Origin: Octopus sinensis
Taxonomy: Eukaryota
Reading direction: 5' to 3'
Assembly: GCF_006345805.1 (NCBI RefSeq)
Contig: NW_021834192.1
Span: 1-50,720 of the forward strand
Length of the DNA: 50,720 nt
The number at the start of each line of letters is the position of its first letter. Position 1 is the first letter of the stretch. Both the position numbers and the translations under genes were made by a program. This document shows positions 37,391-49,837 of the stretch, piece by piece. The notes below the pieces were generated by a model. That model ran no database searches, had not been told where the DNA came from, and saw nothing but the letters and a program-made list of their open reading frames with translations.

Positions 37391-39300
37391 CCTAATCAAA
37401 CCTCACTAAACTAAGGTACAAGATAAAGACGGAAAAACATTTAAAGTAGAATACAAAGACCATATTTTAGGAAATTTAACTGTAAATATAGACATCATTA
37501 TATTCTAGCCCTCCTCTCTCATCCGTGTGCGAGATCCCAGCGGAACAGGCGAGAGAGAAGTCACTGTAGTCAAATTTTACGACCTGAGTGAATATACCGT
37601 GAGTTATCCCTAATTAAAAAAATAAAAGTTTTTGATGACGGAGAAGAGCGGACTTTATCCATAAAACAACTCATAAATATAAACGAACCAAAATTTGAAT
37701 ATTTTTCTGAAATTGACAAAAATCCAATCGAAGAAAAAATCATCCCCCAAAAAAATTGTCCGTAAAAAACAACTAATTGGGTTATTTCCCTTCATTTCTA
37801 ACCACAGTGCCCCAAAGTCATCTTTGACTGAGACTGTGGCCATCGGGGACGTAATTTGGCTAGAACCCTCAGGAGAGGATGAATTGGCCCATCTTGGCCT
37901 GGTCTGTGTAAATTCGGCCAATTCTTTGGGAGAAGGATTGGTTGGGACACAAGTTCTTGTTTGTTCATTTTACAACGATGAATTGTAGAGGGATTGAATA
38001 AGAATTAGTGTGGTTGTGGATAAATCTGAGTTGTCTACCTTCAATAGAAGTAAGACAAGGGCACCGTTGAATACCAGTTTGTTCAAAGCAGTCGAAAAGG
38101 CCTGCATTTATTACGATTTGGACAATCTCCCTGAAAACTGGTCAAAAAACGAATTATTAGGCCAATCTGGAGAAACAAACAGTCAGATTGAATTACCAAT
38201 GTAAATGGATTAATTTATTCAAGTCTGTGTCTTATTCCTCGTCCTCTGACAAACATTGCGATCGAGAACACAAGGATTTGTTTGTGGCTCATTTCTACAA
38301 GTTTTTTGAAGACTGTGCTTCGCCGATAACCACAACTCCTATGCTTGGTGGAAAAGAACTTGATTTCTACGAATTTTTCGAGTGGTAAAAAACTACGGAG
38401 GTCATAAAATGTGTAATAAAAAAGGTTTCCCGCGATACAAAGTGGCATTTTGTTCGGGAGAAAATGAAGGATTACGAATTTGAGACTCATCAAATCAAAC
38501 AAGCCTATATGAAGTAATCTACGATTCATATTTTATAGATATTTGAGTCAATTTGAAGATTTTAATTAAAAAATTGGGTTTGTTGTCCACAATAGATCGA
38601 CGGGTATTATTTCCGGTGCTTCTTGGAGGGAGAATAACGTGAGAGTAATTTGACAGTCCTTCACTCCACGAAAAGTTCGAGATTTTATTATTTGTGTAGA
38701 AAAGAGTATTTTTGCATTCCAAAATGACCACAAATCCAACACCGCGAAAAAAAATTTCAAAAATGGTCAAATTTTAGTTTTAAATATTTTTTAGGAGTTT
38801 GAGTCGTTTGTGAAAGATGAGGAGTACTGCAGGTTGAGAGATCAATACATTTTGGTAGGAAATGTGTTTGAAATATTGTCAGAAGACTCGAACATGTCCT
38901 ACAATGTGAAGGTAGTCATTTCTGGTAATTAGAAGGTCGCGGCAGTGGAAGAAAGGGAGGACGGAAGAAGCACTACACAGTCCACTACGTTGGCTGGAAT
39001 TTTGAAAGAAATGTTAGTTTTTTAGAATCGATTTGACGAGGTTTTTGACGAAGTGACTCTGTGGTTGTTGTTAAGACAAGTGAAGAATAATTTTGTGGGA
39101 ATGCGGACAGTTTGTGAGAGTTCTCAATGTACATCAGAAGGTGTCGATAAAAGTGTATTCCAGTTTCAGAAAATGCAGTTGATTTGGCTAGTAAGGCAAG
39201 ACTTTGTGAGGATAAAATAGATGTTTCTAATGAGTGTAAAAAAGAACAGGGAGAACACATAAATGTCCAATATGTCCAACCCAGTTCATATATTCCATAT
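37390..39300 (+). CDS. ARID4: ARID4/RBP1-like chromatin protein (Tudor, RBB1NT, ARID, chromo-barrel), frameshifted; ends approximate
   Basis: EYT|VFDDGEERTL, VLVCSFYNDEL...KAVEKACIYYDLDNLPENW, FVAHFYKFFED...PMLGGKELDFY and HYTVHYVGWN..RFDE, in ARID4 domain order. Confidence 0.8.
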
Positions 39301-40370
39301 TTGGTCCAAAGTAAATTTGATATAAGAATTGGAGATTTGAGAGAGAGAGCTTAGTGATGACAGTGACAGAATGAACTTTATTCGAGAGTTTAATAAGAAG
39401 GTGTTAGATTTGGGTATTTGAAAGGGGGGGGTGATGTGGTAGAAGAAGGAGATATGCTTACAGTCCAAAGCACACCCCGAGTAGTGGCAGTACAACTTAA
39501 ATTCATCAACCGAGTAATCACATTGATCACCCCACTCCAAATGCGGGCCATGTGTCTCTCAATTTGGTTTCCCTGGCCATTCGAGAAAGTGTGGACAAAG
39601 AAATGTCAATTTCAATGCAACTACAATTTCCCGTCACAAATAATCCACGTAATTATTCCCCCAATGACGAATTTGGCTATACTTCCCTCCATCAATGAGA
39701 AAATGGCCGCCAGTCTCCACACCAATCAGTACTGGAAGGGAAAACTGACAAAATTTGGTCGGTCGTCCTGCGGGGTGTGTTGGAGGAGGAAGAATAGGAG
39801 GAAGTTATGTTGAGATTTGTCTCCCAAATAGGCAGGGAGGGGATAAGCATATTCTGCCAGGCAATAGAGCTGTTCGGGTGGGAGGACTCGATAATTATAT
39901 ATTATACTTGCAATTTGCTCACTAAAACCCCGAGGGACTATTAAAAAGATTGTCGGGAATTATTCATCCATCAACACACAGGTTGATCATGAATTTAGTA
40001 AACATCTTGTTTTCCATGTCGGCATCCATTGTATGATTTGATAAGACCATCGCCAAAACTAATAGGTTTGGCCCAAAATACGGAGAATTCAGCACGCGCA
40101 GTATATTTCCTTCTAATCGTGGGACACCAATTGTCCTCTGATCATTACAAGCTCGATATTCCTACGAATGCGACAATCAGACTCAATCGGGTTAAACTGA
40201 GTCGTTGTAGTACAACAGATAAGCGCTTTTTTAAAATTAGGTTTGGCCTTTTTAACCGACAAGTAATCTCTCTGATCACGCAGTGACACTTGTGTGCTAT
40301 TCCAGTCATTTCATTATTTAATCCCCTTTGCTGACAAATCATATCCTCCAAAACACGAGGCACATCCATC

Positions 40371-42224
40371 TCAGACAAGCAAAAACTTAATTTCCATGAT
40401 AATAAAATATGAACATTCCAAATTAATCTTTTTGAAACTTTCGAATATCGGCAAGGAAGGGTCTTGGTTATTCTCGACAATTCCATTGATGGATGGGGGG
40501 CAGGGAAGACAGGAGACTCCTCTTTCAATCCGAGTTACTCTCCTTCGAGGAAATTTGTTTCTAGTCAATTCTCCACTCAAAACAGACTTTATGGCGCGAG
40601 ATAATATTTTGTTCCTTTCTTCTCGAGGAAGTGAGGACACCTTGTTTGTATACTTACCTTTTTTATCTGGAAACTGACTTAACAAATTACAGTCTTCCGA
40701 TCACCGAGGAGGCGTTGCAGCAAACTGGCCGAGTGGGCCTCGAGCAATCCCTGCATTTTGGTGGGACGTGGATAGGATTGGAGACATACTCGTCGGACAC
40801 ATTTCGTAGTATCTGTGGGATGGAACGCACACTACTTGAATTTGGACAAGTTTTGGAATAACGGAATGCCCGACTTGAGTGTCTGCTTTCCCAGGACGGC
40901 GGAGAGGACGGGCACTAGAAATGAGTGACATGTCTACCCAAGTCCTGGTCTTTTAAGTAGACTGACTCAACGTCGACGAATGTTTCCATGAGAATGCGCC
41001 CGATGGCAGCCTCGTAGAGCATGTGTGCGTACAAATACACGTCGAATGCGGTAGCGGACTACCTCGACACTCCCACCAACCTTAATACTGCCGTGATCCA
41101 CGCACAGAGGTCATGAAAAGACGAGACACCCAGAAAGGAACTTTCTGTTTCGGCCAGTTTGAAGATGCCGTTGATGAAGAAGACATTTCGAGGTGGACAT
41201 TGCCATGGAACAGTCCGTGGGCGTGCAAGTACTCGAGGGCACGGAGGATGTGGAGACCCAACGTGTTGATACCCGAGGACGGGAGAGGAGTGTTCGGTCA
41301 ATTGCGGATGAAGAAGGCGTTCATCTTGTTCTTGTCAATCCCGGACTGACCCGTTGGAAAGGAAGACGTGTGTGGAGTACATCCCCGACACTGCAAAATG
41401 GGAGGACACGACGGGGACGATGAACTGGCACTGGTGGTCACCATTGGCACACACCTGGAACTTTTGAGTGAGGACGGCTTCGACAGTGGTTGGGGACTGT
41501 GGGGGAGTACTCGGTCTGGGTGGCGAGGGGGGAATACGAAGGACAGCAGGTAGTTGGTCTTGCAGTGAGAAACCTTCGACACAACAAAGTAGTTCTTGGA
41601 CCCCCGCCAACCAATGTCTGTCAGGAGACGATGGGCAGTCCAGTTGTTGTCGCTGTGGAAGAAGATAAAGGCATTTTCGGAGTGGAGGACTACTGTTTAT
41701 GTTTCGACTCTTCTCGTACGTCTCCAAGAACTCCCGGACAACCCAATAGCGGGAGAGCAGTTTGTCCTCCAACACTCCATTGAGGAATAATTGCATCACC
41801 TCATCACTCATACATGCAAATCCCCCAGTCTTTTCTGCACAAATTGGGCATCCAGTTTCCCTATCACTTTTTTTGGGGGGAGTGGCGGGGTCTGCGGGTG
41901 CACTTTGCTGAGTTTGGAGTGGAGGGCCTCGAACTGGCTGGAAAAATATTTTTCCAGTTCTCTGTTTTTATAATAAGAATGATTGACACCCTCGATGACA
42001 TTCCAGAATATGCTGGGCTGAATTTGGAATTGGAAGAAACCAAACGGAATCCTCCATCTGCACAACCTCTGTCCTGCCTTCAAACCTCGAACGTAGGTAA
42101 CCCCATCCTGTCCTTTAAATACTTTTATCTTTTGTGGCTCTGATGACGAGGAATCTACAGGCTCACAAAATAGACAAACCAGACACCGTCGGTCCACTCG
42201 AGTTATCCATTAAACTACACCCTG
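40371..42224 (-). CDS. PXK: PX-domain-containing protein kinase-like, frameshifted; ends approximate
   Basis: FEALHSKL...PLPPKKVIGKLD, FFHSDNNW...LTDIGWRGSKNYF, LHILRALEYLHAHGLFHGNVH, FDVYLYAHMLYE and EERNKILSR. Confidence 0.85.
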
Positions 42225-42499
42225 TTTTCTCCGTGTCGCGGGAAACGTCCAAAATCCCTAAAATAATACAAGTGGACATACCTTCCGTTGTCTTGAATGT
42301 CAGAGGAGGAAGTGGCTGAGTGGCCTTTCGTTTATTATAACTAAAGATCGTAAAAACGAAAATCAAACGATTTACAAAATACTCTGATCAGCCACAGAGG
42401 AAGTGCATATTTATTTTTAGCGGATTCCTATATTTGTGATTAACCATCAAATTACAGTAAATGTCTCAATGTCTTGATGTGCCCTATATAGATAGATTT

Positions 42500-44600
42500 A
42501 CTAATTTTTACCCTTCTGACTTTCATTATTTTTAACAACTCGAGTAATGGTGAACGTCCTGTGCAAATCATCAACATCTTTCATGTCCGTTATTTCAGTA
42601 ATAGTTGCCGAATGAGATGTCCTTGTAACATTCCCATCACAAACTAGTTTTGCATTCATTTCCTTCCATCTATTAATAAAACACACCATTCCTTGCCGGA
42701 GTGATAAATTTAATATTCCCAATTTAAATGCAATCTCGGAATAAGAACGCGCAAACATTGTTCTATACTTCCAACCGGTCCCGAATGACGGTCTAATAGT
42801 CAGAAGACCAGGATTTTAAATCATCGCATATGTCATCATACAATACCCCGATATCATTTTAGACAGTCCTCCACGACGACCCAGTCTTCCAAAACTAAAA
42901 ACAACAATCACCTTCGATGTAAATTTGAAGAGAGATTAAAAATTCCTGTTTATTAGTCAATGTCGTAAATGTCTCCACGTCATCTGATGGATATAAAAGT
43001 GGCTTCATATTGGACAGTTTTAACGAAAACGAATCTGCAGTATCTGGAAACCAAAGAGAAGAGATCTATTTGTCCAATCTCACAAATGATGTACCTTTCT
43101 AGCCAGAGTATAAAAGCCATCACTGCCGACATCAAAGTAGTTATTAGTTTCACTTTCTCGATATGAATTAAGCAAATTAGTAAACGAACTCAAATTTGAA
43201 TCGAAAACCGAGACTAAATATTTTATACAAATATAAACTGAGTGGTAATGGAGTGCTAAAATCAGGACGAACAGAATCGTTAGAATTCATTTCAAACTGA
43301 CGGACAATACGGAGTCGCAGGGATTCCAATACTTTGAGACGAATGTCAAGAATACCATTCAAACTACGACAGTCAATTAAGATATATTATAGATAAACCA
43401 ATGTGGATATATACCATGTTCTGTTATCCCATTCGACACACTAATCGGGTAATACAGTCGTTGCAAATTATTATCCGACCTCTCCAGTTCATTCAAGACA
43501 GACACATTTTCATTTGCTATCATGACTTCACAACACTTTACATTATTGTAGTCTTCATCACTAATATTCTCACCTCGGATTAGACCCCCGTTCTTCGATC
43601 GGTTCTTAATTTCCTCCACCTTCCGAGAAAGTACCGACAATCCGATTGTATGAAAAAGACGTGATCGAGGATGTTTACAACAACCAATCCAACACCATCC
43701 ACCACCTCTTCTACACTCCTCTCCAATCATAACTCGAATCTAAATTAGTTCTCCAAAATCCAACATCATCCTTTGGTTTTTTAGGATTTATTTTTATAGA
43801 AATAGCCGATCTGCTTATATCATTAGCTGGAAATTAATTTCGACAAAATACCTTTTTCGTGTTGAATATAACTAAGTTTTTTGGACATGTTTGAACCCTC
43901 GTCTGTCAGGGTCTCAGTTACGGAGAAAGCACGAGAAATATCCGAATTTTTGCCCAGAAGATCAACCAAACTCCTCTCACACTCAATTTCGACATTTAGA
44001 CACTCAATTAGTCGTTTAAGTTGTAGTTTGGTCGAATAATACACGTCATCCGAGGAATTCGAACGACTACAAATGAAGGAATGTGCTTACATCACAACTC
44101 TCCTGGCCATATAGTAGTACTTCCTCCCATTTCTATCCCTCCCCAGTAAAGATTCTTTCAAAACCAAATCATGAACCCCCACAATCTACATCTGAGAACT
44201 CAATTCATACCATAAAACTCCTGCAGGCAGAACAAACCCAAACTTGGCCAGAATCAGGCAAACTGGAAACACATTCGGAGTGGAATGCAGCACAACATTG
44301 GTGACAATTCATCAGATTGTTAGCTCTGCCATAAATTCTAAAAGAAACAAACTTTCCACATTCTCGACACTCGGTATAAGCAGGAATCAGCCGATGAGTC
44401 ACATAATACTCACAATGCTCACATAGAAACTCAATAATGAGTAATTTGTCCTCCATTGTGAGAAAAGGGAGAGAAGATTGACTCAGGACACTCATCAAGT
44501 TAGGAGAAACTGAGTTTTTAGGGAGAGAATTGGCATAGAGATAAATCATGTGAATTATATTAATAAAACACGTTATGACCATTACATAAAAATGTTAATC
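42500..44600 (-). CDS. BPTF: BPTF/NURF301-like protein (N-terminal half), frameshifted; ends approximate
   Basis: EDKLLIIEFL, PHD finger CREC...CHQCCAAFHSEC...WVCSAC, YYSTKLQLKRLIECL, YFDVGSDG, GRLGRRGG, RPSFGTGWKYR and TITEITDMKDV. Confidence 0.8.
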
Positions 44601-45089
44601 TAGGTACCCTACTTAATCCGAGTTAACATGCATCGAATTATTATTAAATTAATCGACCGAGTAAATTAATTAACGTGCTTTATCTGGGTGTCACATTATA
44701 GTGGTCCCAACTCAAAAAATTACAATTTCCTCATTAAAAATATATTTCAACATCAAACATTTTTTAAGAAAATTTCAAAAAATACAAAAAATCAAGGGTG
44801 TCGGAGCAAAGATGAAACGCTTAAATATGAAAGAAACAAACCAAACTTTAAATTCAAATCTTTAAAATTTGAATGACAACACATTTTCTTAGCACCTCCA
44901 CTACACCCAATACACACACCAAACTACCTCACAGCCGGAACACATCTACTGGGGCTCATTTGACGATCTGATAAGATTAATAACGACCAATAAAACTGAA
45001 AGGAAAGGGTACACTCCTTTTTGAAGACTGAGTGGGGAGTAAATAAAAGTGTAGAGGGACATGAGAATATTTCCAGGAATAGGAGGCGT

Positions 45090-46431
45090 ACATTATTCGA
45101 ACATTATAGGCCACCCTATCCACTCACAAATATGAATACCAATTGGAATCCTGAGGCAAATAGGGAGAGTAAAGTTCCAAAATGGTAGATTCACTGCATC
45201 ACAAGCAGCTACTCGCTCATTCGGGTCCACTGCGAGCATTTTCCTCAGCGAAAACATGAAATTATTACATCCTGCTGATAGATTTGATATGAATCCAAAT
45301 TTGGAACACTTTGGGACGATATTAGAATCTAAATATGAGCATTAAAGTCCACTTTTATGGCAATGTTGTTCAAATCTTTCACGGAATATCGCGACGGATT
45401 TTTGACCGTTTTTCCGGTAGCCTCAGTAAATTTAGAAGCATTCTGAAAGATTGAAATGGCCATATTTATACCTTGAGCTTCCAGTAAGTCGTTTTCTCAA
45501 AAAACAGAGGCACCTTCTTTCCAGACATGAGCATTGCGTCGTTGGGAATACCCAATGCAGAACATATATAACGAATCTGCTCATACTGGTTGTCTCCGGG
45601 GAATATAGACCAACCAGTGACCAATTCTGCCATAATACAGCCGAGAGACCACACATCGATGGGACATCCATACTCACAACCCAAAATAACCTCGGGTGCC
45701 CTACATCATAATCACTCAGAATGACCGGTAATATCCCGATTGTAAGTAAAAGGAGTCGCTTATTCGATTACAATATACCGCAGAGCCAAAGTCAATAACT
45801 TTAATGTGGAATGGATATTCTTGGTGGTTAACCAGCATGATATTCTCCGGCTTTAAATCAGTGTGGATAATCCCGAGGTATGAAAGCTTTATTAATGCTT
45901 TAAGAACCTTGATTTGTAAGATATTGAATTACTTGAAAGGTAATTGCTCGAATGCCGTAAATTGGGATTGGAGAGAAATGTATTATTTCTCATGAAATCA
46001 TACAAATTGATTGAAAGCAGTTCAAACACAATAAAAACGTGGCTGCTGCGTGTTCAAAATGGTCGAGAAATAGAATTATGTGGTCTTGCCTCAAATCCGA
46101 CACAGCATTGTTGATACATTTAAGCAAGGATATCTATAATATTATTTATGACCAACCTCGAATAGTCCTTGACGTGTATGAGTCGGATTTTTCTTCAAAA
46201 CTTTGATTGCAACTCGACGATTAGTTTCATATTGCCAGGCTACTACTACTTGCCCAAACGTACCCCTCCCCAGATAATCACTCACAATATAATGACAAGT
46301 CATTGATTTTAACATCTGATAAATTAATCACATTTTACTTCATATCTTTCTAAATTATATTCATCTAATCCCACTGACTGCCCAATATTCAAGTCGGCTG
46401 TCTCTAATCTTCCTCGTCCATTCCATAACAT
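45090..46431 (-). CDS. HIPK: Homeodomain-interacting protein kinase (HIPK), frameshifted; 3' end approximate
   Basis: YLGRGTFGQV, VAIKVLK, IIHTDLKPENIML, HIKVIDFGSA, YLQSGYYRAPEVILG, FPGDNQYEQIRYI and RKMLAVDPNER. Six GT-AG introns of 23, 23, 25, 25, 29 and 24 nt. Confidence 0.9.
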
Positions 46432-48259
46432 TTGGTAGAGTTGTCTGCCTTCCCCAATAGACTAGAACAAATTATGGCCATAAATATTTATCGAATTAAG
46501 GCTTTAGAGATTCCTTAATCGATAAGGAAAGTTTGTAAATGTCATTTAGCATATTGAAAAATTCTGATTTTTATTTTAGTCAATTTAATGCTGAATAAAT
46601 ACCTTTGATGGGTTAGAAGATATCCCGAGTTGGTCTTGTCTTACTTTGTGGATTTTGTTCTTTTTTACTAATTTATATTCAAACTGTAGGTGAGGATGAG
46701 AATACATTCCAAAGATTATTTTAATGGCTTTTACCGTGATAAAGTATTTATATTTAAACGATAAAAATAAAAATGCTAAATGGCGCCAATTTCGTAATTA
46801 AATAAAACAAAATAATTCAATGCGTAAATTATATTTTGAATACCTGAATCATTCACTCCGATATGTTTTCTATCAAGGAATTTAGAATTGATCAGCAATT
46901 AATGACTATTTCAGTGGCTTAGGAATTTCGAATTGCTATCGATGTTGGCCAATCATTCCATTATTGTAGTTTTTGGCATCTTGACAACTACGAAGTGGGT
47001 TTAAATTTTTTGCTTAATTAATGGCTGTTATAATTCAGCAAATTTACAGAGCCATTTGTGGGTCAAAGAATGCTATTTAATTTGTTCTAACAATAATTTT
47101 ATTCAATTTCAACCAATAATGGCATGCTTTTAAATTTCAATAGTTAATAAAAAATGTAAAAATGAATATTATGTTAATAAGGATATGGAAATAATGAGTA
47201 TTCAATGTTAACAATAATATTCAATGACTCATAGTTCAAATAATTTAAATTGATAAAAATAATTATGTGAATTTATGCTTTTACAGAAGGTGCAAAGGCA
47301 GTTACTAAGTACACGAATACAAAATAACACTTTAAAAATAATTGTTTTATTCATTTGTTCTTTAATAACTATTTCAACAATCCAAATCCAACTAGTAATT
47401 GTCCTTTGGCATTCGAGACCTCCCCAGCCTTCGTCCCGCAAACATCCAAGTTCTTAAAACACGTCTGCCTCCTTATCGCGCGGAGAAACATGAATGCAAG
47501 CGAATCTTCTCGGCTAAGACAGAGGATCTCTGTACAATCATGCGCGGAAACGCGCAAGCTATTTTTTAACTGGGATCTGATCGTTCTCTGTTTTTTCTTT
47601 AATTGGTTCACTAGTAATTTAGTCTGTAATCTCGCAAAATTCATCAATTTAAGCAATAGTTACAATTAGTTGATGGTGCTGATAAAATATTATTTAAAAA
47701 ATATAATTTTTTAAGTAAGCCGACATCAGACGTGAGACGAAAAGGAGGTGAGGGGGTAAGGAGTTTTGGGGCATTTGTGCTGAATACATAGTGACCTCGC
47801 TCCTGGAGAAGTATTGGGACAAGTACAGCACCAAAACGGAATACCAAACGAAATAAAATTACTATTCATGAATTTTTATAAAAAAAAGTTCATGAGATCA
47901 TACTTTGGTGTTGTGACAAAAAACTTCGATTTATTAATTTTCGTCTCTATTTGTATGAATTTACAATGAATATGAATAAGGGGCTTCTTATATCGAAGAA
48001 ATAAAATGATGAATCTCTTCTGACAAAAATAACACCTCTCTTCGCAGTTGGCAACAAATTGTCTGACTGGGAATAATCTAAATATATATTTTAAATCAAA
48101 TACGAGAATTTTCAATAGATTCTGGAGTCGAACAATTAACCAAATCATCCATTTCTTCCAAAGTCACACACTCATCACTTAAATTATCTAAGACATACAA
48201 AATATGCCGTAATTAAAAAAACGGTTTTTTTTTCACCTAGTGTAAGATATAATATATAA

Positions 48260-49010
48260 TGTCACAGTCCGTTTATGAAACACGCCGTTAATGAAACGCC
48301 AACATCAAATTAGAAAAAAAATTGATTTTGTCAATAAAAAATTTATAAATTGACAAATACCTGAGCTGGTATTTGGGTTTAAATATATTCAATTACAAAA
48401 ATTAAAATCGATGCCAAAGCAGAATGTGCTTTAAAACCGATTTCATAAATAAAAATAATATTTTAAAATTAATAATTGATATTTTAGAATAATGAGAAAA
48501 AATTCTAAATGCTTCATAATGTATTAAAATGTCAAAACAAGAATCTTCTGAAGGAGCAAGCCTGTCTGCACAGTTCATTTGTGATTAGAAGACCTAATTT
48601 TAGAGATTGAAACGAGAAATAGCAATGAGATCTGTCAAATTATTACCCCCTTCACAACCTAAACCAAATTAGCGTTCAGTATTCATTGATTTTACTTTTT
48701 CTATTAAGGTCTACTTATAAATTATTTTATGGGATTCAATGGAAAATTTAAGTTATTTCAATTTTAATTTTAAATTATGTTCAAATTTAAAATCATTTTA
48801 TAAATATATTTTTTTACTTTACCTTGTTACCCTATTCAAAGCACCTAGTGTCCATTTAACGGCGTGTCCATTCTATGGACGGTCACATTTATAACTAATT
48901 AATCATTTCCAATGACGATTTATATTAATTTATCTTTTTTTCGATATGATTTTTTGTCAATTTGATGTTGGCGTTTCATTAACGGCGTGTTTCTTTATCG
49001 GACTGTGACA
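48260..49010. mobile_element. Ginger-like MITE (751 bp): TG..CA ends, ~52-bp TIRs, 5-bp TSD TATAA
   Basis: TGTCACAGTCCGTTTATGAAACACGCCGTTAATGAAACGCCAACATCAAATT is mirrored at 48959-49010. TATAA at 48255-48259 and 49011-49015. No coding capacity. Confidence 0.85.
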
Positions 49011-49402
49011 TATAACCATGGATTATTGAATTTATTCCTTTATTCCTCGATATCTTTCGAAAGGAATTTCGTTAGAAAATGAATGGACAGATATGTTATA
49101 ACTGTACACAGCATTTTCCAATTTATCAACCCACTTTTTTTCACTGTTGTCCGTCATTTTTGACAACTTCCTGGTTATCGTTTGATTGAATCTTTCGACA
49201 ATTCCTTGAGCCCGAGGATTATTGGGCCTTCTGTGGATTTGTTTGATGTTAAAATCAACGCATAGTTGTGTTATTTATTGTTTTTTGAATTCAGACCCAT
49301 TGTCTGATTGAAGAAATTTGCATGGTCCATTTAGGCGAAACAAAGATCTCGTTAAAATCCATTTGAAATTTTCGTTTAGTGTTGAAAATCTTTTCAGATC
49401 TA

Positions 49403-49837
49403 GCCCCCTTGGCTGAAGACTAAGCTATGGATAATGGATTTGGATGGTCGTGAGTTCGATTCCGAAGGAGGACAGTTTTCATCCTGGGGCTAATTCTCGT
49501 TATCGTTCCCCTGCCCGTGAGGCAACGAGTACTTCTGGCACGACACAGTTGGAAATGGGGATCTCTTACCTTCCGGGCTTAGCGTGGCGTTACGGGGTCC
49601 ACCATGTCAGTTGGAAATTCCTTCGGATATGGCAACGCTCAGGAGGCACTTAATGCCTTCCGAAAAAGGACTCTTAGCTTCTCAGACCCTGGGACATCGT
49701 CGTCTCAGGCCGATCTTGCGGGAAGGATTGAACCTTTCAGAAGGATCTCCCTCGTTTGGATCGGCGATCACGGGATTAACTATAATTAACTGGCTTGCCC
49801 GTATTGGTCTTAAATAATAATAATAATAATAATAATA
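49403..49837 (+). mobile_element. tRNA-derived SINE with (AAT)n tail
   Basis: A-box-like TGGCTGAAG (49410-49418), B-box GAGTTCGATTCC (49452-49463) and (AAT)9 tail. Empty site CAGATCTA|TTATGTCTA at ~1121-1137. Confidence 0.8.

Noticed and set aside
41113-41973. Plus-strand ORFs overlapping PXK as extra genes
   Set aside because: They are antisense shadows of GC-rich exons with no recognisable motifs.
49403-49470. Functional tRNA gene
   Set aside because: A and B boxes are present, but I cannot fold a cloverleaf with an acceptor stem. It is part of an insertion absent from the paralog.
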